Shown here: positions 8,301 through 16,686 of the stretch, in pieces
How the letters are laid out: each line of letters opens with the position of its first letter
Position numbering within the stretch: position 1 is the first letter of the stretch
DNA from: Setoptus koraiensis
Lineage: Eukaryota; Animalia; Arthropoda
DNA: 64,000 nucleotides
Assembly (NCBI GenBank): GCA_048013815.1
Contig: CM106585.1
Location: 22,940,001 to 23,004,000, forward strand
Direction of reading: 5' to 3'
The notes under the pieces: generated by a model
What the model saw: only the letters and a program-made list of their open reading frames with translations
What the model was told of the DNA's origin: nothing
Databases searched by the model: none
Position numbers and translations under genes: made by a program

Positions 8301-10396
8301 CCATCTATATAGATAATCGCCTCTGAGGGTTGCTTTCTCAAGAGTGACTGTTGGATGCGTTCTGCTGGTCCATGTTCCTCTACCTTGAATATGGGGATCA
8401 CGTTTGGTGGTAAATGAAGCATCAAGTTCTCGACTCTCTTAGCCTTATGCTTCATGTTGAATGCTTTCTCCAGTGCTTTGCTTGATGTAATGAAGGTGGT
8501 CATGGTGTCTGATAATATGGGTCCGAATTTATCGTAGGCAAGTATCAAGGCTAGCAAGTTCTTCTCGACGGTGGTGTAGTTTAATTCGGATGATGATAAA
8601 GTTTTGCTTGCTCGCTCTAATAAGTTGTTCGATTGTCCATAGCAAGCAACGTCTATGGAGGTTTCGAGTATATTTAGTATGACATTCTTGGGTGAATTTC
8701 TGGAAGGGATTAGCTGTGGGCTGGCTCCACGTAGCAATCCTTTAATTTTGGCACAGGCGGCTTCATGGTCGTGGGTCCAGTAGAATGGCTCCTTCTGACA
8801 TATGAGGTTATTTAAGGGACGAGTCAACTCTGAATAATTTGGTATGAACCTTGCATAGTATACCAAACTTCCGAGGAGTGATCGGACCTCGTCCTTATTC
8901 ATAGGTGGTACTTCAGACGCCAAGAAATCTAAATGTTCCGGGATGGGCTCTATACCTTTACTACTAACTTTGCGTCCCAAGAAGTCGATTTCTCTGCGGA
9001 AGAACACGCATTTATTCGGGTTAATCTTAAGATTGAATCGCCTCGCTCTCATAAGTACCCATTCAAGGTTCTCGTGGTGTTCCTTCGGCGTCTTACCGAA
9101 GACTAATATGTCGTCTATGTATACGAGACAGCGAGTGCCAATTCCTCCTTCGAATATCTTGTTCATGGCCCGTTGGAAGATGGCCGGCGAGTTCGTGAAG
9201 CCGAAAGGTAGGCATTTGTATTGCCATAGTCCTGTAGGGGTGGCGAATGCAAAGAACTTTTTGGTCCTAGGCTGGAGCTTGATTTGATGAAATCCTTCCG
9301 TAGCGTCTAGAGAGCTGAAATAATTAGCTCCTCTCGTGTATAGGAACATGTCATTCAAATTTGGTAGAGGGTACTGGTTCCTTATAGTTGCTAGGTTGAG
9401 GGGGATGTAATTGACTACTAGGCGTCTTTTCCCATTCTTTTTCGCTACAGTCCTACAGTTCGCTGAATAGGGTGACTCTGATGGTTCAATGATGTCATTT
9501 TGGAGGAGCCTTATGACTTGTTCACCTATATATTCGGTTTCTTGTAAGCTATGTCTTTTGACTTTGGCTGTTATGGGTCTGTAGTGTTTGAGCTCGATGT
9601 TTGGAAGAGGAAGGTGGATTGAAGATCCATTCAACTCCTCTGAGAAGACATCCTGGAATGTGTGCTGGAGGTCCTCGATCGCTCGGATGACAGGGCTAAC
9701 GGTTGGCTCCGTTTTGGTGATTGGTTTATGGACCGTCTCTCTATTTTCGTTTATAGGTTGAGGCAAGTAGGCCTTTGGTATGGTGAATGCTCCAAGTGTT
9801 TGTTTCTGTTCGCTTATGTTCTGGCTATTTGTTTGCATAGGTGGGCCAGGCTCTTGGTTTATGGTCGTTGAGTGAAGGTTTTCTGGTTTAGGCCAACTGA
9901 CCTTGGCAGGGACGGTCTCGAAATCTAGGATGGCTCCCATGGAGTATAGTTGAGGGAGTCCGAGTACGAGGTCGCATCCTAGTACCTCTTTATCTAGCTT
10001 GGCAAGTATTAGAAATTCTGCTGGAATAGGTGGTCTCTCACTTTTGAGAGGTTTGATGTTCAGGTAGGCTGACTTGGTAATATTGATTATGCCATGGTCT
10101 GCTGTCTGGGCCATGACATTTACTTTGGTAGTCTTTGGTCTGAGTTTACTCATTATGGTTCCACATGAAGGGATGAAAGAGGTTGTGGCTCCACAGTCTA
10201 TGACGCCTTTGAATCTGATGTTGTTGACTATGAAAGTTTCGGTGATGAGTTTTCTGGGTCCACCATCGAGGCACGATGTTGTGTGCACTACGGGCGTTGA
10301 CGTTCTGCCTCGCCTACTCAACGCCCTCGGGAGTTTAAATCTCTGGCACGCTCTTGACAGTCGGCGTTCCAATGTCCTCCTCCACAGTAATAACAT
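5189..10396 (-). CDS. pol: Pol polyprotein ORF (protease, RT, degenerate RH tether, RNase H1-like domain, integrase, long low-complexity C-tail). Probably expressed as a Gag-Pol fusion by a -1 frameshift near 10339 rather than from the listed start.
   Basis: Protease DCGA (D at 10196-10198). RT LPFG and YIDD (9110-9121). RNase H IDGAS/TGEM/SDS/KGH/EADKLA (about 7900-8320). Integrase H-H-C-C (AHDD..GGHLG..CPTC), D-D-E (HIDIVGP, VSDQG, GMDER) and a GPY/F-like WDGP. Confidence 0.95.
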   Translation of the reverse strand: MLLLWRRTLERRLSRACQRFKLPRALSRRGRTSTPVVHTTSCLDGGPRKLITETFIVNNIRFKGVIDCGATTSFIPSCGTIMSKLRPKTTKVNVMAQTADHGIINITKSAYLNIKPLKSERPPIPAEFLILAKLDKEVLGCDLVLGLPQLYSMGAILDFETVPAKVSWPKPENLHSTTINQEPGPPMQTNSQNISEQKQTLGAFTIPKAYLPQPINENRETVHKPITKTEPTVSPVIRAIEDLQHTFQDVFSEELNGSSIHLPLPNIELKHYRPITAKVKRHSLQETEYIGEQVIRLLQNDIIEPSESPYSANCRTVAKKNGKRRLVVNYIPLNLATIRNQYPLPNLNDMFLYTRGANYFSSLDATEGFHQIKLQPRTKKFFAFATPTGLWQYKCLPFGFTNSPAIFQRAMNKIFEGGIGTRCLVYIDDILVFGKTPKEHHENLEWVLMRARRFNLKINPNKCVFFRREIDFLGRKVSSKGIEPIPEHLDFLASEVPPMNKDEVRSLLGSLVYYARFIPNYSELTRPLNNLICQKEPFYWTHDHEAACAKIKGLLRGASPQLIPSRNSPKNVILNILETSIDVACYGQSNNLLERASKTLSSSELNYTTVEKNLLALILAYDKFGPILSDTMTTFITSSKALEKAFNMKHKAKRVENLMLHLPPNVIPIFKVEEHGPAERIQQSLLRKQPSEAIIYIDGASYHNGKPDCRASWAVHIPKYPSLSAKGEVTENPSNQTGEMTAAIQACRIAKQQNWKTITIVSDSKYVINTVTSWLDRWLSDGFKNHRNKTLTNEKLILELAEVKNDLEIEWIHTKGHCNDPGNEEADKLAKSVLSAKIEKLLSFKRITLEDQMEDSELKTIIDNIEAHENFEIRDNLLYFVQPVHDTYDMQDHDIIGPMTYPRLAVPSQSRHLLLELAHDDQVYGGHLGVRKTQKKLDHYWWPSMSPQIKEYVQTCPTCQRFKQPKGPAPGRLHPIQVSKLFEQLHIDIVGPINTNATSGARYIITMIDAFSRFGFARAKDKVTTNEILEFLEDVIAQHGTPVRIVSDQGSQFTSAKYLKRCEEFGITHQFTTPYHPQANGMDERFNGTLVKILRNYVNQHQHRWDEHLRWALFVYNTTFQESLKYSPYEVMYGVRPRTPLNLKPSVPLPAPQSRRLIRKDIIFHNKKAQEIQKRFHDRDHPSAQYRVGQTVLLKQHTVRPDQASKFSVKWDGPAVILKLPREATDSEPRFAIILDLRNLKCKSVAIQDIKPYKLRENSKDQQIARAISRLQNKEMPQAPVVHEGHNQPDSVVTITNNMGSNSIGSNTIDNMAHNNIAINDMGTNNMGLQQHSQSLGSNTIDNMTHNNIAINDMGTNNMGLQQHSQSLGSNSIGSNTIGNMAHDNIAINDEGTNNMGLQQHSQSLGSNSIGSNTIGNMAHDNIAINNEGTNNMGLQQHSQSLGSYSIGSNTIGNMAHDNIAINNEGTNNMGLQQHSQSLGSNSIGSNSLTGPALSDQPCIIDMDGSMGPRNNRQQQVTQGTRRKQQLPIFNPPIISENQPQVLTVDGNRDWLYAPRTNNPSAPDEQIIELPSNTFHFDREAGSTPRPSCIPDQDTSDDSFHSASSDHETMMEIQPKPQRKPIDEPTHETHPQPIPKMDQPRATSYASAVARNLRNREAIKRPERFLAFVKSLTPKKKRVDCDDSAPTAGASSSNTHACNAFHAKRVISRRQLSPMHPPESAAGQLLYKPKHFCIR
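5357..5375 (-). promoter_or_regulatory. Polypurine tract (PPT)
   Basis: Minus-strand AAAAAAGAAAAGGGTGGAC directly abuts the TG of the 3' LTR. Confidence 0.9.
5935..6503 (-). repeat. Coding tandem repeat, 111-bp / 37-aa unit, about 5 copies plus a partial, in the pol C-terminal tail
   Basis: GSNSIGSNTIGNMAHDNIAINNEGTNNMGLQQHSQSL repeated. One unit is shortened to 32 aa. Confidence 0.95.
10267..10339 (-). promoter_or_regulatory. -1 programmed ribosomal frameshift cassette: U UUA AAC slippery site, 6-nt spacer, predicted H-type pseudoknot
   Basis: Slippery heptamer at 10339-10333 is in the gag frame, and pol is in the -1 frame. Stem 1 GGGCGTTGA/TCAACGCCC (10326-10318 with 10300-10292). Stem 2 CGAGGCA/TGCCTCG (10312-10306 with 10273-10267). 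Confidence 0.85.
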
Positions 10397-11334
10397 GGAG
10401 ACGGCGGCTGACGGTTTTGTTGCATAGGCATCTGCCTATTGCCTCTATATTGCTGAGGTCTATATCGCTGAGCTGTGTTTCTTGGACTCGCGTTTGGTGC
10501 ATCTATGTTTTGCTGTATCGGGTTTTGTGGCTGTAGGGCAGGCTGAGCAGATCCATGTGGTGTGGATTCTTTTTGCTCATGGCGCTTGAACGCGGCGAGA
10601 ATTTCACTGTTTTGTTTATTCTGCTGTTCTACCAAGTCTTTCACGACTCCGGACATAATTTCCTTAAACTGGTTTACATCAAGTCCTGATGAAGTTTTCT
10701 GTTCGCTGGCTTCTGGTTCCTGGTCATATCTCTTTGTGACGACTCTTAGAGCATCTAAAGTAGATATCTCCTTGAGATCCGCTATCTGATTGAGCTTGTG
10801 TCTGACAGACGGAGTCAAATTTCTTATTATGGCCCGGACTATATCGGCCGGACTGGCTCCCGGGTAAGCCTTGGCGTATGTGTATGAATAGTCATCAATA
10901 TAGAGAGATAGCGATCCATATTGAAGAGTGTTATAGTTGAGACTCATGAGACGAGTATAACTTCGATCCTCGTGGCTTTCTGTCGAGAACTGATCGAGGA
11001 TTATTTTTCTTGCTTCCTTCCATAGGAGAGGCAGTTTCGGCTGTAAAGAACTTTTGAACCATGATCGGGCTGGGTGTGTGAATGCCTTATTGAGGAGGAT
11101 TCCTTTCTGTTCATCTGGAAAACTTAGGACCAGTTGTTCGAATTTTTCTAACCATTCGTGAACGTTTTCGCTTGAGGCTCCAGAAAATTGAGGTGGGTTC
11201 AGGTGCAGTAGTGATGAAGAGAGCGTAGCTGATGCGAGTTGGCTCGTAATCTGGCCAATTGAGTCCGTGATAATGGATGAGAATTCAATTGGATTGAGGG
11301 TGATGTTTTGCTGGTTTTGTTGGTCGTCTGCCAT
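10318..11334 (-). CDS. gag: Gag (retrotransposon capsid-like domain plus a CX2CX3HX4C zinc knuckle)
   Basis: 338 aa. PQFSG..ENVHEWLEKFE capsid-type motif and C-terminal CYYCGGGHWNADC. Lies directly downstream of the PBS. Confidence 0.92.
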   Translation of the reverse strand: MADDQQNQQNITLNPIEFSSIITDSIGQITSQLASATLSSSLLHLNPPQFSGASSENVHEWLEKFEQLVLSFPDEQKGILLNKAFTHPARSWFKSSLQPKLPLLWKEARKIILDQFSTESHEDRSYTRLMSLNYNTLQYGSLSLYIDDYSYTYAKAYPGASPADIVRAIIRNLTPSVRHKLNQIADLKEISTLDALRVVTKRYDQEPEASEQKTSSGLDVNQFKEIMSGVVKDLVEQQNKQNSEILAAFKRHEQKESTPHGSAQPALQPQNPIQQNIDAPNASPRNTAQRYRPQQYRGNRQMPMQQNRQPPSPCYYCGGGHWNADCQERARDLNSRGR

Positions 11335-11371
11335 TATGGATGGTTTGTTATCTGGTACTGGTGGATCTTAT

Positions 11372-11389
11372 AACCACGCTCTGCTACCA
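11372..11389 (-). promoter_or_regulatory. Primer binding site complementary to initiator tRNA-Met
   Basis: Minus-strand TGGTAGCAGAGCGTGGTT, 2 nt inside the LTR end. TGGTAGCAGAG is the complement of the animal tRNAiMet 3' end (..CUCUGCUACCA). Confidence 0.88.
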
Positions 11390-11391
11390 AC

Positions 11392-12196
11392 TTTAATGAT
11401 CGCGCGGAGTGGAAGCGTGTTATGTTTGGTACTGGGTAGATGGCGTGTCGGGTGCAGAGTAAGCCCTTATGTGAAGTGTCACATAAGGTCGGTGTGGTGA
11501 TGATGAGGGCTGATAAGATATCGTCCGGTATGCTTCTATCTAATATGGTCTCGCTTGTTATGAATGAAGATGATTATGGTCACATGTATCATGGGCGGTT
11601 ATGTCGTAGGTAGGTATCTCATAGGTGTGCAGTCCGAGTATCATAGGTGGTGATATCATAGGTGTGTAGTCCTGGTATCATGGGGAGGTATGACATGGGT
11701 TTGTAGTTCAACTATCATAGGTGGTGATATCATAGGTGTGCGGTCCTAGTATCATGGGGTGGTATGAAGTGGGTTTGCAGTTCAACTATCATAGGTGGTG
11801 ATATCATAGGTGTGCAGCGGACACCTATGGTTATGGTTGTGGGTTACTATGTTGTGACTTGGAGTGATATGGTCGAGAATAATATGGTTTAGGATGATAT
11901 GGTAAGTCCGGTGTATGATGGGGTCTGGACCCTCGTGAGAAGTGAATTAAGGCGAGTGTTGATATAAAGGGTTTATAATAAGTTTTATTTAAGAGTAGTT
12001 ACTCGTTTAATGACCGATATGATAGTGACTATCGAATACAGAAGTGTTTGGGTTTATATAGTAGTTGCCCTGCTGCGCTCTCTGGCGGATGCATGGGTAA
12101 TAGTTGGCGTCGTGATATTACTCTCTTTGCATGCAATGCGTTGTATGCGTGTGTGTTGCTGCTGCTGGCGCCAGCTGTTGGAGCCGAATCATCACA
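11392..12196 (-). repeat. 5' LTR (805 bp) with TATATAAA (12053-12060), AATAAA (11984-11989) and a long U5 containing CACCTATGAT-rich tandem repeats
   Basis: Direct repeat of 4628-5356 with one extra internal 74-bp unit. The boundary at 12196 is where homology ends and a TG start lies. Confidence 0.93.
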
Positions 12197-12434
12197 TCGT
12201 GTTTTCTCTTTCAAACTTTGCGCCAGTCGACGCACGTGTAGTATATGTATGAGCATGTGGCCAGCCACGAATGCGTGACTTCAATTGACGAGATATATTT
12301 GCCATCGTTTATCATTGCTTTTTTTATTCTTTTATTCAATGCCCATGAGCGATGCATCCATGTTATTAATAAAATCAATCCTCTCATTCAGATCAACTCT
12401 ATTTGGATCGACAACAGGAAGCAATCAACCAAAG

Positions 12435-14591
12435 ATGGATTTAGAAGAGACTCCGCAACAACCCGATTTAAGTAGATTGGCAGTCCACAGGGTCAACTTA
12501 TATCGTCCTTTGCCTACCTCAATAAATTGTATGGCACTGAGTCCATGTAAAAAGTTTCTTGCAATTATTAGAGGTTTTGCCAATGTTCGAGCAGCCTTGG
12601 AGCGCCTAACATGTCCAGTTTGTACTATTGAAGTCTATAAGATATACGATGGCGTACCCACTGTATGTATACTCAAGATCCATCAATTAGAATCATTGCA
12701 ATCCATTGCCTGGTTCGATGAGGTGACCGTTGTAACAGTCAGTATGAATCAAAACATAAACCTATACAGCACAAAAACTGGCAGACTATTGTTCCAAGAG
12801 ATGAGTGATTATGGCCCTATTTATTGTCTTAAACACGAGCCATCAATCTCCCTACTTTTGACAGGCACAGAATACGGATATGTTAATGTTTACAAGTGTA
12901 ATTATGAAAAGAAGAAGATTTCCTTCTTGAAGGCCATGGTCAAAGTCCCTAATAGGATTCTTTCTCTAGACTGCTACATCAAAGAGATTGATATTAGCAA
13001 ACGACTGAAAATCAGCAAAAAGAAAACCAAAAGAAGAAAAAAAAGCCCCCAAACCGACAGCTCAGACAGTAGCAGTAGCTCGGATGATGACAATGATCAA
13101 GTTGAATATCTTGATGTCAAAGTATTTGGTGGATCTTTAGGGGATGTTGTTGTTTGGGATCTGAAAACGGGATCCATACTAGAAACTATTCACATTGGTG
13201 ATGAAGACGTCGTTGCATGGGCGTTATTGACCACTAAAAGTGGCGAGTTAGTTGTTGGAGACTCAAACGGATTCACGTCTATCTACGAATCTACTTCATT
13301 GACATGTAAACAAAGAGTAAATTTGCATACAGCTGACGTATTATGTTTATCGAAGACAGATAATGAAAATGAGATTTTTATATCAGGTATTGATAATATT
13401 ATTCGCAGCATTGCAAAGTACGCAAATGATGATATGTGGGTTCCAAAAACAAAGAGGCATGTACATAGTCATGATGTTCGAAGCTTGGCCACATACAAGG
13501 ATACTGGTTTATTTTCTGGTGGATCAGACTTCTTTCTGGCGCATACATGTTATCCAGACGCAAAGAAAACCTACTTTATGCCAAACCTAACTGAACATTT
13601 AAAATTCAATAAACCCGACGAACTCATGATGCAGAATGAAGCCTCTTTGATTATATGGAAGTTAGCTGGTTACAATCTAGCAGATCTGAGTAAACATGTC
13701 AGTGGTTATGCTTTGCAAATGAATTCTGAACCCCAGAAAATAGTTGAATTGAGAACAAGAAGTTATATTTTGACATCCACATTCAACGATTCATGGATTT
13801 GTTACTACACGATTGATGCCTCTAACATAAGCCTCTACCGCAGATTGCAAAATTTCAACAAATTGCAAAGATATAGATTATCTACGAAACTAATCGACTG
13901 TTATAAAATGGAAATAGTTGTGTTTGATGATCTTCAGTTCCTTGTGGCCATCAACCCAAGCTCAATATCTCTGATTGACTTGGACCCTGAACCGTCAGAT
14001 GAGCCATGCATTTTTGTAGTTGATGAGATTGACTTTCCACACAGTGCTTCACAGATAGTCAAAGTGGATTCCAAGATAGTCTTGAGCTTCAGGGATGGCT
14101 ACCAATCTCATATCGCTCTATTGACAGTAGATTCTAAGAGCAAGTTGCAATGGATTCATACACTAAATCTTGTTGTCCATGGTATATCCTTTGTATCTGC
14201 AATCCCCAGTTGCATTCAAGGAAAAACGAGCACCCTGTTTGTTTATACACATGAAGGTACTATACTAAGAGTGAATCTAACGAATTATGAAATAACAGAG
14301 ACAAACGTGGTTGATTTACCGGAACATTCCACAGTGATAGGCATGTTTTTCATTTCCCACAACGGAACTCAGCAGTTGGCACTGTATGACTACAAAAATA
14401 TATTTAAATTAAGTCTCATCGATGGCAATTATTATAACAGTAATACTATAACAAGGTATAACCATATCCTTAAGGTTATTAACACTAGTACTAAGGATGG
14501 AACAGACGAAATTTGTCTCGTCGAACTGACACCGGAACAATTGGCCAAGTTGTTGCCGCCTGCTCTGAAGAAGCGAAGATTCGGATGCTGA
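12435..14591 (+). CDS. UTP4: U3 snoRNA-associated protein 4 / cirhin (WD40), single exon
   Basis: N-terminal VHRVNLYRPLPTSINCMA, WD40 repeats, HSHDVRSLA, and C-terminal LPPALKKRRFG match the UTP4 family. First plausible ATG is 12435; the ORF track starts upstream at a non-ATG codon. Confidence 0.88.
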   Translation: MDLEETPQQPDLSRLAVHRVNLYRPLPTSINCMALSPCKKFLAIIRGFANVRAALERLTCPVCTIEVYKIYDGVPTVCILKIHQLESLQSIAWFDEVTVVTVSMNQNINLYSTKTGRLLFQEMSDYGPIYCLKHEPSISLLLTGTEYGYVNVYKCNYEKKKISFLKAMVKVPNRILSLDCYIKEIDISKRLKISKKKTKRRKKSPQTDSSDSSSSSDDDNDQVEYLDVKVFGGSLGDVVVWDLKTGSILETIHIGDEDVVAWALLTTKSGELVVGDSNGFTSIYESTSLTCKQRVNLHTADVLCLSKTDNENEIFISGIDNIIRSIAKYANDDMWVPKTKRHVHSHDVRSLATYKDTGLFSGGSDFFLAHTCYPDAKKTYFMPNLTEHLKFNKPDELMMQNEASLIIWKLAGYNLADLSKHVSGYALQMNSEPQKIVELRTRSYILTSTFNDSWICYYTIDASNISLYRRLQNFNKLQRYRLSTKLIDCYKMEIVVFDDLQFLVAINPSSISLIDLDPEPSDEPCIFVVDEIDFPHSASQIVKVDSKIVLSFRDGYQSHIALLTVDSKSKLQWIHTLNLVVHGISFVSAIPSCIQGKTSTLFVYTHEGTILRVNLTNYEITETNVVDLPEHSTVIGMFFISHNGTQQLALYDYKNIFKLSLIDGNYYNSNTITRYNHILKVINTSTKDGTDEICLVELTPEQLAKLLPPALKKRRFGC

Positions 14592-14888
14592 GATAATAAA
14601 TTGACTGATAATTTCCTTGTTGATCTAACAACATTCTGAAGAATCTTAATTCACTCAAGTTTCGATTTGTCAATCAGTCAGTCAATCTGTCAGCTTGCTA
14701 CGTCACACCAAGCACAGGTTTTGCTCTCCAGCCGACCAGAGATTACTTTTCTATTAAAAAAGAACTAACAGAAAAGTAATAGCTCGAGTTTAATCTTGAT
14801 TACAACTTGATTATCGAGCTGAAATTCTTAGGTTTCTCAACATTATTCTTCCATCAATACGGAACCTTACTTTCTTCATTAGTTCGAA

Positions 14889-16277
14889 TTACGTGATTGT
14901 CATTGATTCATTGTGACCTGTCTCCCGACGCCTACTCATGTTGAGGGAGATAAATATGAGTGTTATGAATGTTGCTCCAATGACGTCGCCTATGGACGTC
15001 AGATATGGTATAGTTGCATTGTCTGGATCTATACAACACTGCCAAAGGGCGTAGGTTACTATATGGGCTAAATAAAGTAAAATAAACACTTGCAACTCTG
15101 CCGCTATTACATAGCAGACTAAAAATGTTACCGTTATGGGTGGGGCGTCTTTAGAAAGGTAGCTACATGTGAAAAAGAATAGAATGTGTCCAGGTATGGC
15201 AATAAGCAATAGTATTCTAGTGGTTTTATATGTGGGCCTACGCAAACACAGTTCTAGAGGATTGATGCAAACTGTTTCATCTTCCGGTAACTGGCCACAT
15301 TTAGTGTGGCCATGCAAATAAGAAGATAATTTACTTGACTGTATTGCAACTAAGTTACCACCAACACCACAAATAACTGGATGAAACAATGCAATACCAC
15401 TATAAGTCACCAGTGACGCGTCTAATATGAGACCAGAAATAGTACATACACACATAGCTGATATTAATGGATACCAGTAAGATCCGCGACACATCACACC
15501 AGCCGTGTGAACATTATCTTTAACAATTGAGAACCAGACAGGTAACAATAAAAGATACACTATTATGACACTGAAACAAACAATATTGAAAACTGTGTTA
15601 TTTGCGCCATAAGTGTTAACACTGTATAGGGCCCCCGCTAGGGAGGCGTATAAACCCAATGATGTTATATCACCCAATGAGGATGCTATAGGTGTTGCGA
15701 TGTCGTCTGGGTCGATTTTGTAAATTTGTGCACCATATATCACAAATATCATGACAATATCCAAAAATATGCTAGCTATTGAACAAGTTAATACTCCTGT
15801 CACCATAACTAATAGAGCATCATCAATTTCAAACATTTTGAAGGACAAAAATGCGTGCAAAATAATGGCAAGTGCCGATGCTAGTATACCTATAGTTGTC
15901 GATAATATCTGGTTCAAAGCTATATTCGCTATAGCTAATGATCTAAGCTCACTCCACCCATTCATTTGGCCCATATGAGAGTGAGTTGACATCCGCGATG
16001 CCAAAGTCATGTGTAAATTACCTTTGAGGGCTTGTAAAGATGGTAGCAATATCAATATCTCACTTATTTCTTTAAAAACTACCCAATCTTGAACTTCATG
16101 AAATATGACACCGGCAAAACAGGTTCCGATACCACCTATAAAAAACGGAACCACTATATGGATAAACAAAGCTAAATCAGATTCATTTTGAGGATTCGCA
16201 ACCGAAGAGCATGGCGGATTTTTCTCTAATGAACTAACTTTGGCAGATATCTGGCTTTGGTTGGATTTTACAACCAT
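14889..16277 (-). CDS. SLC41A1: SLC41 family (MgtE-like) Mg2+ transporter, single exon
   Basis: Two MgtE-type repeats with LKGNLHMTLASR, IDPDDIATPIASSLGD and IDPDNATIPYLTSIGD. The paralog number is nominal. Confidence 0.92.
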   Translation of the reverse strand: MVVKSNQSQISAKVSSLEKNPPCSSVANPQNESDLALFIHIVVPFFIGGIGTCFAGVIFHEVQDWVVFKEISEILILLPSLQALKGNLHMTLASRMSTHSHMGQMNGWSELRSLAIANIALNQILSTTIGILASALAIILHAFLSFKMFEIDDALLVMVTGVLTCSIASIFLDIVMIFVIYGAQIYKIDPDDIATPIASSLGDITSLGLYASLAGALYSVNTYGANNTVFNIVCFSVIIVYLLLLPVWFSIVKDNVHTAGVMCRGSYWYPLISAMCVCTISGLILDASLVTYSGIALFHPVICGVGGNLVAIQSSKLSSYLHGHTKCGQLPEDETVCINPLELCLRRPTYKTTRILLLIAIPGHILFFFTCSYLSKDAPPITVTFLVCYVIAAELQVFILLYLAHIVTYALWQCCIDPDNATIPYLTSIGDVIGATFITLIFISLNMSRRRETGHNESMTIT

Positions 16278-16686
16278 TATAGTATGATTTTTATCATAGC
16301 GTCCGGTTAGGCTCTATATCTAGTTTGATCTATTATTGTTGATGTACAATTGCCATCAAATATATTTGATAGTCTCAAACAGAACTAAGCGCTGTGTAGC
16401 TACCGTTGGGGGTGCATTGTCCCATCTGAGTTATTCAGGTCAACAACGATATGAGAGTTTACAATGAAAATAACCCTTTATATAGGGATTTGTCGGTTTT
16501 TAATAGCTATCTGACAAAACCATTTAATAAATTCGACTAATTGTTTGAATATCTTTAATGGCTTTCTAATATATTTTTCATCATTATCTTACAATAACAA
16601 TGTTTAACAAACAAAACTTCATATGAGATAAGGACTTTTTGCTGTGACGGCTCACTTGATTCAACATCCAAGCGCGTGCCCAAACA

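Larger units (their letters stand above)
4628..12196 (-). mobile_element. Near full-length Ty3/gypsy (Metaviridae-like) LTR retrotransposon with intact gag and pol and a dual RNase H
   Basis: Two direct LTRs, PBS, PPT, gag with a zinc knuckle, and pol in the order PR-RT-RH-(extra RH)-IN, which is the gypsy domain order. Confidence 0.97.

Noticed and set aside
12285-12434. Upstream extension of UTP4 in the ORF track
   Set aside because: It begins at a non-ATG codon; the family N-terminus matches from the ATG at 12435.
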